Source of the DNA: Spirochaetota bacterium
Lineage (GTDB): Bacteria; Spirochaetota; UBA4802; UBA5550
Assembly: GCA_963664815.2 (NCBI GenBank)
Contig: CAXXHB010000003.1
Span: 3,776,001 to 3,840,000 of the forward strand
DNA length: 64,000 nucleotides
Direction of reading: 5' to 3'
Part shown: positions 42,671-52,925 of the stretch, piece after piece
Layout: each line of letters starts with the position of its first letter
Numbering within the stretch: position 1 is the stretch's first letter
The notes under the pieces: model-generated
What the model saw: the letters and a program-made list of their open reading frames with translations, nothing else
Told to the model about the DNA's origin: nothing
Database searches by the model: none
Made by a program: the position numbers and the translations under genes

Positions 42671-44537
42671 TAGAAATATTTTTATCACTGATCCGGAAAT
42701 CCCGGATATCATTTTTGATTCTATCTCACAAATGCTGACAATCCTTGATGAAAATAATTTTATCATATGGCATAATAAAAAAACCTCAAATTTTTTCGGT
42801 AAACGCATTGTAGGTGATTCTTTTAAAAAGCTGTTTTCCATAAATCCGGAAGAGCTTAGCAACTCTAAACTAAAAGCTCTGTCAATAGTACCAAATAAGA
42901 AAAGTTCTAACCGGATACTTGAACACTATATAATAAGTCACTCAAAAAAAAATAATACCTCTATTAAAATTGTAATAACTGACGACATTACAGAAAAGAT
43001 AGGAAACGACAAATTACTCGGCTTTCTTCTTGAATTTGAGAGCCTTCTTACAAGGCTCGCACTTGAATCGATCAATATTCCGGCAGAAGAAATAGATTCA
43101 CATCTAAAAAAATTACTGCTTCTTACAGGGAAATTTGCCAATGTCGAGAGGTGTTTCATCGTCCTCTTCAATGCAAAAGGTGACAAATTATACGTTACCC
43201 ACGATTGGTGCGCCCCTGGTTTTTCTCCCACAATAAAAACCATAATAAAAAGCAATGTGCCTCGAAGCTGGATAAAAAAGCAGAAAAACAATGTTATATT
43301 GATACATGATGTTAAAAAGTTTAAATACAATGACGAGGCAGGGTATGAGTCTATATTCAGTCACGGTGTTAAGTCATCAATGCTTATTCCTTTATTTAAT
43401 AAAGATAAATGCTTTGGATACATTGGATTCAGTTCTACAAGAAAAATTGATGTGTTTTCACCCGAACTCAAGTCTATATTTAGAATAACAGCTGAACTAG
43501 CTGTTAATCTCTACGAAAGAAAGTCGGCATACACCCAGATAGCCATAGCTCAGAAAATTATATCAAAATCATCGGGAATGCTGGCATTTTTCGAAAAAAA
43601 CGGTTTTATCAAAATGACAAATGAATCTTTCAGAAAATTTTATTCATTGACTGAAAATGAAACCAAAGATCTCCAGATAACATCTCTGTTTAAGAACCGA
43701 CTTGGAACAAGAGAAAAAAAATTCCTTGACTATATCAATCGTGCAATTGCCGGGGAAGAGATCAATACTGAAATCTGGTATAAAAAAAATGAAAAGCTCA
43801 GGCTGCTTGAAATATCACTTCATCCAAATATCGATAATGACGGGAACGTCGGAAGTGTGATTATGAATTCCAATGACATAACAGAGCGGGTACAACTTGA
43901 GGCCAGAATTCTAGAAGTAATTCATAAGGAAAGGAAAAAAATCGGAATAAGCCTTCATGATGATCTTGGTCATGATCTACTGGCTGTGGCAATAAAATCA
44001 AGACTTATAGCCGATAAACTCAAATCGGTTTCAAGTGAAACATCTTTTGAAGTGAATGAAATTGAAAATGCCATAAAAAACGCCATGAATGAAGTAAGAC
44101 GACTTTCACACGGACTTATCCCATATAAAAACCACGGACTTGAATTTCATGAAATGATTGATGCCGTAGCGCTTACAATTGAAAGAGACTATAAATTACA
44201 CTGTGAATTTCACATTGACGAATCGATCAATATAAGTGATGAATCCATTATTAAAGAAATCTATTATATTATTGATGAAGCTGTTATGAACTCTATAAAA
44301 CATTCAGGGTGCACAGGAATAAAAATCATTATGAGCCCAAAGAATAAAATGATTACACTGAGTATAATTGATAATGGCAGGGGTATTCCCGGAAATTATA
44401 ATGCGGATTCCGGGGTAGGGATAGAAATAATGAAATACAGGGCTCGCGCCATCGGGGGTTTTCTCGAAGTCAAAAACCATCCGGGTGGAGGAGTAATAAT
44501 TGAATGTATTTTTAATCCTGAGAAAATAACAGTCTAA
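42660..44537 (+). CDS. Cytoplasmic sensor histidine kinase (PAS/GAF/PAS, HisKA_3, HATPase)
   Basis: ERKKIGISLHDDLGH, EAVMNSIKHS, DNGRG and GVGIEIMKYRA. Confidence 0.9.
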   Translation: MKSDRNIFITDPEIPDIIFDSISQMLTILDENNFIIWHNKKTSNFFGKRIVGDSFKKLFSINPEELSNSKLKALSIVPNKKSSNRILEHYIISHSKKNNTSIKIVITDDITEKIGNDKLLGFLLEFESLLTRLALESINIPAEEIDSHLKKLLLLTGKFANVERCFIVLFNAKGDKLYVTHDWCAPGFSPTIKTIIKSNVPRSWIKKQKNNVILIHDVKKFKYNDEAGYESIFSHGVKSSMLIPLFNKDKCFGYIGFSSTRKIDVFSPELKSIFRITAELAVNLYERKSAYTQIAIAQKIISKSSGMLAFFEKNGFIKMTNESFRKFYSLTENETKDLQITSLFKNRLGTREKKFLDYINRAIAGEEINTEIWYKKNEKLRLLEISLHPNIDNDGNVGSVIMNSNDITERVQLEARILEVIHKERKKIGISLHDDLGHDLLAVAIKSRLIADKLKSVSSETSFEVNEIENAIKNAMNEVRRLSHGLIPYKNHGLEFHEMIDAVALTIERDYKLHCEFHIDESINISDESIIKEIYYIIDEAVMNSIKHSGCTGIKIIMSPKNKMITLSIIDNGRGIPGNYNADSGVGIEIMKYRARAIGGFLEVKNHPGGGVIIECIFNPEKITV

Positions 44538-44547
44538 GAGGAAAAAA

Positions 44548-45216
44548 ATGGATAACCAACTGAAACAGACTGCAAGTATAATGATCGTTGACGATCATCC
44601 CATTGTCGCAAATGGCATACAGCAACTTATAGACAGAGAACCCGATATGAAGGTCATACAATCAGTTCAGGATGCCGAAAGCACAATCAAGTTCATTGAA
44701 AAAACACAACCTGACCTTGTAATAGTAGATATTTCTCTGAAAGGGTCGACTAATGGAATTGATCTTATCAAGGGATTAAAAAAAAGATATCCTAAAATAA
44801 AAGCTCTAGTCTTATCAATGCACGAAGAAAACTTATACGCCGAACGTGCAATCAAAGCCGGTGCAAAAGGCTATATCATGAAAAATGATCTGACAGATAA
44901 TATTGTCAAGGCCATCCGTAGCATTCTTGACGGAAATCTTTATCTGAGTGAAACAATCACATCAAAACTCTTAAACCATATGGTTAATGAAGAAGAGGAA
45001 AAAGATGATGATACAGAATTAAAAAAACTAAGTGACAGAGAGTTTGAGGTTTTCCAGTTAATTTCAAAAGGAATTAAAACAAGCGATATAGCCAAGGAAA
45101 TAAATATAAGTGTAAAAACCGTCGAAGCACATAAACTCAGGATACGAAATAAGCTTAATTTAAAAAACAGCAGTGAGTTAAATAAATATGCCATCGAATG
45201 GAATCATAAAAACTGA
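44548..45216 (+). CDS. NarL/FixJ-family response regulator
   Basis: VDDHPIV, VDISL, LSMH and LSDREFEVF...ISVKTVEAH LuxR HTH. Confidence 0.93.
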   Translation: MDNQLKQTASIMIVDDHPIVANGIQQLIDREPDMKVIQSVQDAESTIKFIEKTQPDLVIVDISLKGSTNGIDLIKGLKKRYPKIKALVLSMHEENLYAERAIKAGAKGYIMKNDLTDNIVKAIRSILDGNLYLSETITSKLLNHMVNEEEEKDDDTELKKLSDREFEVFQLISKGIKTSDIAKEINISVKTVEAHKLRIRNKLNLKNSSELNKYAIEWNHKN

Positions 45217-45393
45217 TACTCATTTATAAATATTTGCAGTTTAACAAAATCATTCAGTTTTTATGTGATTAATGAGCTGCAATTCACTAATAAAATTCTC
45301 CAAAACGCCCAAAATTACAAAGCAAAATTCTTCTCTCTATTAAACCAATATTTTAAAAAAAATTTATTTTTTTAAAAAAAAATTCAACTTTGC

Positions 45394-45422
45394 TTGACGA
45401 AAAAAAGAGACATTATTACATT
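45394..45422 (+). promoter_or_regulatory. sigma70 promoter of the Hsp20 operon
   Basis: TTGACG-N17-TACATT immediately upstream of CIRCE. Confidence 0.7.
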
Positions 45423-45429
45423 ATTATTG

Positions 45430-45456
45430 TTAGCACTCATTAATATTGAGTGCTAA
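45430..45456 (+). promoter_or_regulatory. CIRCE element (HrcA operator)
   Basis: Perfect TTAGCACTC-N9-GAGTGCTAA. Confidence 0.95.
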
Positions 45457-45487
45457 CAATAATAATGTAAATTAAAGGAGGGAGTTT

Positions 45488-45943
45488 ATGAAATTTGGAA
45501 TTACCAGAAAAAATAACGATTCAACGCCTGAATTGAAATCATTCCGTAATGATGTAAACAGGCTCTTCGATGATTTTTTCAATATTCGTACAGCGGGGCT
45601 GTTCGATTCAGAATGGCTCCCGGCAATAGATGTTTATGATGATGAGAAGAACTTTTATATTAAAGCAGATGTAGCGGGGATTGAAGAAAAAAATCTCGAC
45701 GTTACTATTAATGGAAACGTTCTTACTTTATCGGGAAAAAAAGTTGAAGAAAAGAAAGAGTATGAAGGAAAAAACTTCATCTTTTCTGAAAGACGTGCAG
45801 GTTCTTTTTCAAGATCTGTTACACTTCCTGCTGGATTCAGGCAGAAAGATATTAAAGGTGAACTTAAAAATGGAGTTCTAACTATAACAATTGAAAAACT
45901 AAAACCTGTAAAAAGCGAAAAAATAAAAATTGATATTCACTAA
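45488..45943 (+). CDS. Hsp20/alpha-crystallin small heat-shock protein
   Basis: PAIDVYD, ERRAGSFSRSVTLP and KNGVLTI. Confidence 0.93.
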   Translation: MKFGITRKNNDSTPELKSFRNDVNRLFDDFFNIRTAGLFDSEWLPAIDVYDDEKNFYIKADVAGIEEKNLDVTINGNVLTLSGKKVEEKKEYEGKNFIFSERRAGSFSRSVTLPAGFRQKDIKGELKNGVLTITIEKLKPVKSEKIKIDIH

Positions 45944-45954
45944 AGGAGGATGCC

Positions 45955-46362
45955 ATGTACAGCTACAATATTTTCAATGATATGATAAAATTAAGGACTC
46001 TTTTTGATGATTTTTTTGATCAAAAATCTGAATATGAATCATCAAAAGAGTTTCCCCCTGTTCAGTTTAAAGAGGGTAATGATACAATTAAAATTTATGC
46101 GCTTGTTCCGGGAATTTCTGCTGCAAACATCGATATTCAACTTGTTGATGACAGCATAATAATATCCGGAGAAAAAAGAGAAGATTATGAAAATCAGCGC
46201 TATATAAGAAAAGAGAGACCTTTTGGCGAATTTAAAAAAGCCATAAAGCTTCCTTACAGAGTTAGAAATGAAGATATCAAGGCTGATTTAGTTAACGGTA
46301 TACTGACAATTACTCTTACTAAATCAGAAGATGCAAAGCCAAAAAAAATTGAGATTAATTAA
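45955..46362 (+). CDS. Hsp20/alpha-crystallin small heat-shock protein
   Basis: VPGI, ERPFGEFKKAIKLP and NGILTITLTKSEDAKPKKIEI. Confidence 0.93.
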   Translation: MYSYNIFNDMIKLRTLFDDFFDQKSEYESSKEFPPVQFKEGNDTIKIYALVPGISAANIDIQLVDDSIIISGEKREDYENQRYIRKERPFGEFKKAIKLPYRVRNEDIKADLVNGILTITLTKSEDAKPKKIEIN

Positions 46363-46373
46363 GGAGGCCTATC

Positions 46374-46748
46374 ATGATGGTTGAAATTAGCAACAGAAAC
46401 AATACTGAAAGCAAAAAGGCATTTCATATACCTCTGGCAGATATTTATGAAAATGACGATATTTATTCATTAAAACTCGAAATGCCAGGTATTGGGAAAG
46501 AGAACTTGAATATAGTTATTGATAATGATGAATTAAAAATAACAGCAGAAACGTCAATAGAAGAAAATGATAAAGATTTAAAATATGCGGAATTCTATGC
46601 AAAAAACTATAGCAGAATTTTCAGAGTCGGAAATGATATCAACAGGGATAAAATCGAAGCCAGACTCGAAAATGGAATACTTACACTGATTCTGCATAAG
46701 AGTGAGGAAGTAAAACCAAAAAAAATTACTGTTAACCAGATAAATTAA
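46374..46748 (+). CDS. Hsp20/alpha-crystallin small heat-shock protein
   Basis: PLADIYE, EMPGI and IEARLENGILTLILHKSEEVKPKKI. Confidence 0.92.
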   Translation: MMVEISNRNNTESKKAFHIPLADIYENDDIYSLKLEMPGIGKENLNIVIDNDELKITAETSIEENDKDLKYAEFYAKNYSRIFRVGNDINRDKIEARLENGILTLILHKSEEVKPKKITVNQIN

Positions 46749-46782
46749 CTGATTATATTATCAGTTGAAAGATAAAAATGGG

Positions 46783-46818
46783 TAAAAGGGGCAAAATGGG
46801 GGTTTTGCCCCTTTTTTT
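46783..46818. terminator. Bidirectional Rho-independent terminator
   Basis: AAAAGGGGCAAAA-TGGGGG-TTTTGCCCCTTTTTTT between convergent genes. Confidence 0.8.
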
Positions 46819-47300
46819 TATTTTATTTTCTTTAAATGTCCAATTATTTTAGGAGGAACTTTAATCTTGAAAATCGAATCAAGCACAAGCCCACCATACA
46901 GTACAGATAAATAATACAGCTTAATTTCTTTCTTTTTCCCTATGGCAATAAGCAGTTCCTTATACTCTTTTTTTGATATATCAAAAACAAAGCTTATTGG
47001 AACAATAGAATCACGTACCTTGTATAATAGCATTATCCTTACAATATTTTTATCTATATTGATATCCCAGTCAGGCGTCTGCTCTTTTAACTCAAGAATG
47101 AAATCATCATGATCTATGTAAAACAGTTTAATTCTGCTTTTATATCTTAAAAAAAGGGAAACTCCGGGATTAGGTGAATTCTCATAAAAAAAATCGAAAA
47201 CCCCCTCTCTGGGTAAAAGTTCATTTAATTTTACCTGTCTTAAAGCCTTAAAAACATCAATTATCTCGAAATTCGGGGTATACATTTCACCTGAACTCAT
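46818..47300 (-). CDS. Hypothetical protein
   Basis: 160-aa ORF with strong AGGAGG RBS. Confidence 0.7.
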   Translation of the reverse strand: MSSGEMYTPNFEIIDVFKALRQVKLNELLPREGVFDFFYENSPNPGVSLFLRYKSRIKLFYIDHDDFILELKEQTPDWDINIDKNIVRIMLLYKVRDSIVPISFVFDISKKEYKELLIAIGKKKEIKLYYLSVLYGGLVLDSIFKIKVPPKIIGHLKKIK

Positions 47301-47370
47301 AAAACCTCCTGCTTGATATTGTTATTAATAGATTTCATCAGGCATTTTTGTCAAGTTTAAGAAACCTGTT

Positions 47371-49917
47371 TTACTCACGTAAAGTATTTTTAGTTTTATT
47401 TAAAATACCCTCTGAGATAATCCTGCTGAGTTCCGGTATGGTTACCGGTTTCTGTACAATACCTGCAACTTCATATTCCTGCATATCTTCTGCCTTCAGT
47501 CTTTCAATATTACCAGTTGCAAGATAGATAATAACCGAAGGATCAATTTTTTTAAATTCTTTCAGAGCCTCAATCCCACCCATCACCGGCATAACTACAT
47601 CCATTAAAACCACATCTACTTTTTTAAACTCTTCCCGAAAAATGTCCAGGGCGGATTTCCCATTATCAGCAGTTACAACCTCATACCCGAGATCGCAGAG
47701 GATCCTTTCAGTCAAATTTCTTAGAATAAATTCATCATCAACAACAAGAATTCTTCCTTGACCTCTGACAATACTTTCATCTTTTTCGGTATCCCACACA
47801 ACATTTTCTATAACCGGGAAATAAATATCAAAAACAGACCCACTACCTTTAACGCTATAGACTTCAATGGCGCCACCAAGATCTTTAACATTCCCGTATA
47901 CAACAGATAAGCCCAGACCGACACCATCCTGTGAGGTTTTTGTTGTAAAAAACGGTTCAAATATTTTTGATTTCAGTTCATCATCAAAACCGCAACCAGT
48001 GTCCTTAACACTTATTTTAATATATAATCCCGGTTTTAGCTCAAATCCTGATTTAAGACAATTATCTTCATCCATGATCATGTTTACTGATTGAATAATT
48101 ATTTCTCCGCCAGCCGGCATCGCTTCTTTTGCATTTACTACAAGATTCTGAATTATACTCTGTATCTGCGATGGATCACCTGAAATTATTGATTTTTCTG
48201 CGTTCAGGAATTTCAAAATTTTTATATCAGGTCTATCCCCATGCTGCAGAATATCCACAGCAATAGAAATTGAACTGTGAACATCAACGCTTTCAGATAC
48301 ATGAACACCTTTTCGTGGGAAAAAAAGCAATTTCTGTGTAAGATCTGAGGCTTTTAATGCAGTATCTTTAATGAAAGAGATAAATTTCATCGTTTTCTCA
48401 TCATTACCAAGCTTCATTTCCAGGACTTCTGATGCGTTGAGTATACCGGCGAGCATATTGTTAAAATCATGAACAAACCCCCCTGTAAGCTTCCCTATGA
48501 TGTCCATTTTCTGAGATTGCCTCAGCTGCTCTTCTATCCTGATTTTTTCTGATATATCCCTGAATACTATTACTGCACCTACTTTTTTACCTGAGACATC
48601 CATAATCGAAGCGGCTGTCAGTGAAATTTTTCTTTTAATTCCTTTTCTATCAGAGAGAATTGCCGATTCTGAGATCTCCATTATTTCACCGGGATGTATT
48701 ATCTGTGTATACAGATTCTCTTTTTTTATTTCATTCACAGGATCAAGAACAGTAAATACTTTTTCAAGAGAAAGCCCCCGAGCATCTTTCACTTTCCAGC
48801 CGGTAATAGTCTCTGCCGCTGGATTCATTCTCTTAATATTTCCTTTTTCATCGGTAGAAATAATTGCATCACCAATTGAATTGAGTGTAATACGCAAATT
48901 CTCTTCATTCTCACGAATAGCTGATTCCACCCTGACCTTGTTTTTAATTTCATTAACATATATCCACACCCTGAATAAGAAATAATAGAAAAGAATACTG
49001 ATAATAATCAGAAGTGACAGTATCATCAATGATTTATTTTTAAAACCCTTGACTGATGACAGAATATACTCCTCCGGAGTGGCGACAACTATTGACCAAT
49101 GTGTATTGACTATATTTATCGGGGCAAATGCAGCATGTTTAAGAAGATTTTCCAGATGATCATTTTTATTTACGTTATATCTGTAAACGGCTGTACCTTT
49201 TTCTCCGGAGATCATTCTTTCAGCCATATCCATTACATCCGGGAAAATACCTGATGTTTCATAAACAGGCTGACCTTTATGCCCCGGAACAGGGCAGTAC
49301 AATTCAACCCCATCAGCGCTTAAAATCCATGCATATCCTGCGTCACCTATGCGGATATTTTCTATATACTTTTTTGAAATATAATCAAAATTAATAAGTA
49401 CCCCCAAACTCCCTTTATAATCACCTTTATAAAATACCGGATAGTGATAAGATATAGTCCTGTACCCCTGTACAGCCGTGAAGAAATCACTTATCGATGG
49501 CTGATGAGTCTTAATAATATTTTTTATCTGCTTCTGATCTGAAATATCCTTTCCAATCAGTGAACTGTTTTCCGGGTCAAGCCAGAGTATACGCCCCTTC
49601 TCATCCACTCTGGTGACTGAATAAAGTAAACTTCTGTCTTTCTTCATAAGTGCAGATGCTAATCTCTTCCCGTTATTGTTCATCAATGCGATATCTTCAA
49701 ACTTTGAAACAGAATCGAGATCATTTTCCAGGTTGTTGAAAAAACCTTCAATTCCCGAAACAGCCTGCTCGGCAAGAAGCATCTGCTGTTTATTGAATTC
49801 AATTATTGCCAGGTTTTTAACATCAATGTAGGAAAGATAGAAGAGTAATCCGGTTGCAGCAACTATAATGGTAAGCAGCATTATCCATCTGGCATGAACA
49901 GAATTTAATATTTTCAT
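47371..49917 (-). CDS. Hybrid sensor histidine kinase (dCache-PAS-HisKA-HATPase-REC)
   Basis: Two TM helices flanking a Cache domain; ITLNSIGDAII PAS; HDFNNML; FEPFFTTK; GLGL; C-terminal REC; start moved to MKILN. Confidence 0.92.
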   Translation of the reverse strand: MKILNSVHARWIMLLTIIVAATGLLFYLSYIDVKNLAIIEFNKQQMLLAEQAVSGIEGFFNNLENDLDSVSKFEDIALMNNNGKRLASALMKKDRSLLYSVTRVDEKGRILWLDPENSSLIGKDISDQKQIKNIIKTHQPSISDFFTAVQGYRTISYHYPVFYKGDYKGSLGVLINFDYISKKYIENIRIGDAGYAWILSADGVELYCPVPGHKGQPVYETSGIFPDVMDMAERMISGEKGTAVYRYNVNKNDHLENLLKHAAFAPINIVNTHWSIVVATPEEYILSSVKGFKNKSLMILSLLIIISILFYYFLFRVWIYVNEIKNKVRVESAIRENEENLRITLNSIGDAIISTDEKGNIKRMNPAAETITGWKVKDARGLSLEKVFTVLDPVNEIKKENLYTQIIHPGEIMEISESAILSDRKGIKRKISLTAASIMDVSGKKVGAVIVFRDISEKIRIEEQLRQSQKMDIIGKLTGGFVHDFNNMLAGILNASEVLEMKLGNDEKTMKFISFIKDTALKASDLTQKLLFFPRKGVHVSESVDVHSSISIAVDILQHGDRPDIKILKFLNAEKSIISGDPSQIQSIIQNLVVNAKEAMPAGGEIIIQSVNMIMDEDNCLKSGFELKPGLYIKISVKDTGCGFDDELKSKIFEPFFTTKTSQDGVGLGLSVVYGNVKDLGGAIEVYSVKGSGSVFDIYFPVIENVVWDTEKDESIVRGQGRILVVDDEFILRNLTERILCDLGYEVVTADNGKSALDIFREEFKKVDVVLMDVVMPVMGGIEALKEFKKIDPSVIIYLATGNIERLKAEDMQEYEVAGIVQKPVTIPELSRIISEGILNKTKNTLRE

Positions 49918-50093
49918 AAATGTTTTCCGGAGAATCCTTATAATAATTAAACACAATTAATTTAAAATCGCCATAAAAAACAGCAGCAGTTTATTCAATA
50001 TTTAACTGATAAAAATGCTCTGTTATTTCCTCTGCCAGACGTTGTATTAATATGTATATTTTTAACGATTGAATTGTATTTCTAAAATAACAA

Positions 50094-50134
50094 CTAAAAG
50101 ATATCCCCCGCTGATGGCAGGGGATATCTTTTAG
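50094..50134 (-). terminator. Terminator after the rseP operon
   Basis: 15-bp inverted repeat CTAAAAGATATCCCC/GGGGATATCTTTTAG. Confidence 0.75.
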
Positions 50135-50195
50135 GATTATAACATAAGAATATGACCTTTAACATTCTGCAATATGCAGATCGCCGTTTTTTCCG

Positions 50196-51758
50196 TTATT
50201 TAAATAAATTCTGAACAAACGGCAGCATTGTTATATCGTTTATTATAACAAAAACACCAAGAATTATAAGAAATACTACACCAAAAGTCTGAATCTTAAT
50301 CATGATTTTTTCACTTATCGGTTTACCTCTTAAAGTCTCAATTATATAAAACAGTAGATGACTCCCGTCTACTGCAGGGATTGGCAGCAGGTTCATAAAC
50401 ATGAGAATCACTGAAATTTTCGCCATTAGAAGTATAAAATCCGCTATCCCCCTGTAGTAAAGAACGTCTCCGGCAATCTTTGCTATTCTGATAGGCCCGG
50501 AAAGATTTTCTCTTACATCCATTTTGCCGCTGAAGAGCATTCCGAAACCTTTAATGTTCATCACCAGAAAATCCCATGGTTCAATCACAGACTGAATCAA
50601 TCCGTCAACCGGACCGTATTTCACATGAACCATCTCAAACATGATTCCCATCTGCTCTATACCTATCATATAACGTTTTTTAATCTCTACCTGACCATTA
50701 TACCTTGTCTTCCCTGCGTCTATAATTACATCGCGACCGTCAGCAGCAGCCTTTGTAATATCGTTAACAAATTCGGAATATTCCTGAATAGGTTTTCCAT
50801 AAACCCGGACAAATCCTCCGGCTACAAGCTGCTTAAACTCCTCATTCCCGGCAAAACTATCCTGGGTTTTCTTTTTGGCTGATGATGTCACAATGAACAC
50901 CTCAGTCATTGCAGGTTTTAATACAGCGGTTTTTTCCACCCCGTCGTTCAGGAACACAACGTTTATATCCTTCCCATTACCCTTCTGGATAGCATCGGAT
51001 AATTCGGATGGTGTATGTACAATTTCGTTGTTCACCTTGATAATAGTATCCTTTCCGGATAAGCCACCCTGTTCCGCACTGCTCCCCTTTATTACACGAG
51101 CCAGCGTAATTCCCGTTGTATAAGGCATCACCCCCAGGGTGTACCTTCCCTCGCCGGAATCGGACGCAGGAGTGACATTAAATGTCTTTACCTCTTCGCC
51201 GCGCTGTACTTTAATTTCAAGCTCTCGCCCGTCAGAGAAAAAGACCTCACTCTGGATATCGGAAAAGGCCTTTATCTCTTTTCCGCTGATTGATACAATT
51301 CTGTCTCCGGTTCTGATCCCTGACTTGAACGCAGGCGAGGTATAAGTCCCGGAAGTCATTTCTGCAGGTATCAATATTCTGTTTGTTTCTTTCGCATAAC
51401 CGGCAAGATTCATAATATAAAAAAGAATAATACCAAATAACAGGTTAAATATAGGTCCCATTGCCACAGTAACTATTCGTTTAAGCGGATGTGCTGAGAG
51501 AAATTCAAAACCCTGACCTGATCTCTCCTCTGATGGATCTTCCCCGTAAAACTGACAGTAACCTCCGAATGGTATTAACGTCACCTGGTAGGTTGTATCG
51601 CCATATTTTTTCTTCCAGAAACCTTTTCCGTATCCCATTGAAAAGATCTTTGCCTTTATTCCTACCATCTTTCCACCAAGTAAATGCCCCAGTTCATGAA
51701 CAAAAATACACAATCCCAGGAGGACGACCGCTCCGAATATATATGTCAATGTCATCAT
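50196..51758 (-). CDS. rseP: RIP metalloprotease RseP
   Basis: HELGH, IPFGGY, PDZ domains and NLLPIPAVDG. Confidence 0.93.
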   Translation of the reverse strand: MMTLTYIFGAVVLLGLCIFVHELGHLLGGKMVGIKAKIFSMGYGKGFWKKKYGDTTYQVTLIPFGGYCQFYGEDPSEERSGQGFEFLSAHPLKRIVTVAMGPIFNLLFGIILFYIMNLAGYAKETNRILIPAEMTSGTYTSPAFKSGIRTGDRIVSISGKEIKAFSDIQSEVFFSDGRELEIKVQRGEEVKTFNVTPASDSGEGRYTLGVMPYTTGITLARVIKGSSAEQGGLSGKDTIIKVNNEIVHTPSELSDAIQKGNGKDINVVFLNDGVEKTAVLKPAMTEVFIVTSSAKKKTQDSFAGNEEFKQLVAGGFVRVYGKPIQEYSEFVNDITKAAADGRDVIIDAGKTRYNGQVEIKKRYMIGIEQMGIMFEMVHVKYGPVDGLIQSVIEPWDFLVMNIKGFGMLFSGKMDVRENLSGPIRIAKIAGDVLYYRGIADFILLMAKISVILMFMNLLPIPAVDGSHLLFYIIETLRGKPISEKIMIKIQTFGVVFLIILGVFVIINDITMLPFVQNLFK

Positions 51759-52921
51759 AAATGTTTCTCCTTAATAAAACTTAATGCAATAGTTCTCGCT
51801 TCGGTATCAGATTCAAAAATATCCCCGATGTCAGGCATTCTGATTATATCAACAGAATCTATTGTTTTTTCCACAATTTTCACAATATCTGTAAACCTGA
51901 TTTTTTTATCCAGAAAAGCATAAACGGCCACCTCATTTGCCGCATTAAGCACAGCAGGCATATTACCCCCTGCCCGCCCTGCATGATAGCAGAGTTCAAG
52001 AGACGGGAACCTGCTGCTGTCATATTTTCTGAAATTAAGACTTCCAACTTCTGCCAGGTCAAGGTACCCGAAAGAATTTTTTATTTTTTCCGGATATGTG
52101 AGAGCATTGATTATCGGGAACACCATATCGGCTCTCCCCATATGGGCGTATATTGCCCCGTCAACCGTCTCCACCATTGAATGAATTACACTTTCCGGAT
52201 GAATTACCACCCCTATTCTGTCATAATTGAAATTAAACAGATAATGCGCTTCAATCACTTCAAGCCCCTTGTTCATAAGCGTTGCCGAATCTATAGTAAT
52301 TTTACTCCCCATGCTCCATGTAGGATGCTTCAATGCAATTTCGGGAGTAACATCTTTGAGACTCTCCCCCGGATAATCCCGAAGACTACCGCCAGATGCA
52401 GTTAAAATTACTCTTTTAACCTCGTCTCTGTTTAAATTCGAAAGCAGAGAAAAAACAGCGCTATGCTCACTATCCACAGGAATAAGTTCAACGCCCTTCT
52501 CCGCAGCAAGACTCATAAAAATATTTCCTGCCATAACCAGCGTCTCTTTATTGGCAAGAGCAAGCCTTTCACATCCATCAAGCGCAGCTATCGAAGGACG
52601 TAATCCCGCAGCTCCAACAATTGAAGAAATTACAATATCGGATTTTCTGGAGGCGAGTTCGATAATTCCCTCCTCTCCGAAAAGAAATTCCACCCCTTCA
52701 TTATCTTTTACAAGCTTTTTTACATAATCTTTTTCCGCAAGGGAACTGTCCCCAATCGCAACTACTGAAGGTTTAAATTCAGATATCTGTTCTGACAGAA
52801 TTTCCATATTCCTGTTACAAGCAAGGCCATAAATTCTGAATTTATCAGGGAGTGTTTTTATAACGCGGAGGGACGACAACCCTATTGAACCGGTTGAGCC
52901 CAGAATAGATATATACTGCAT
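51755..52921 (-). CDS. dxr: 1-deoxy-D-xylulose-5-phosphate reductoisomerase
   Basis: ILGSTGSIG, LANKETLV, PVDSEHSA and HPTWSMGSKITIDSATLMNKGLE. Confidence 0.97.
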   Translation of the reverse strand: MQYISILGSTGSIGLSSLRVIKTLPDKFRIYGLACNRNMEILSEQISEFKPSVVAIGDSSLAEKDYVKKLVKDNEGVEFLFGEEGIIELASRKSDIVISSIVGAAGLRPSIAALDGCERLALANKETLVMAGNIFMSLAAEKGVELIPVDSEHSAVFSLLSNLNRDEVKRVILTASGGSLRDYPGESLKDVTPEIALKHPTWSMGSKITIDSATLMNKGLEVIEAHYLFNFNYDRIGVVIHPESVIHSMVETVDGAIYAHMGRADMVFPIINALTYPEKIKNSFGYLDLAEVGSLNFRKYDSSRFPSLELCYHAGRAGGNMPAVLNAANEVAVYAFLDKKIRFTDIVKIVEKTIDSVDIIRMPDIGDIFESDTEARTIALSFIKEKHL

Positions 52922-52925
52922 TTTA

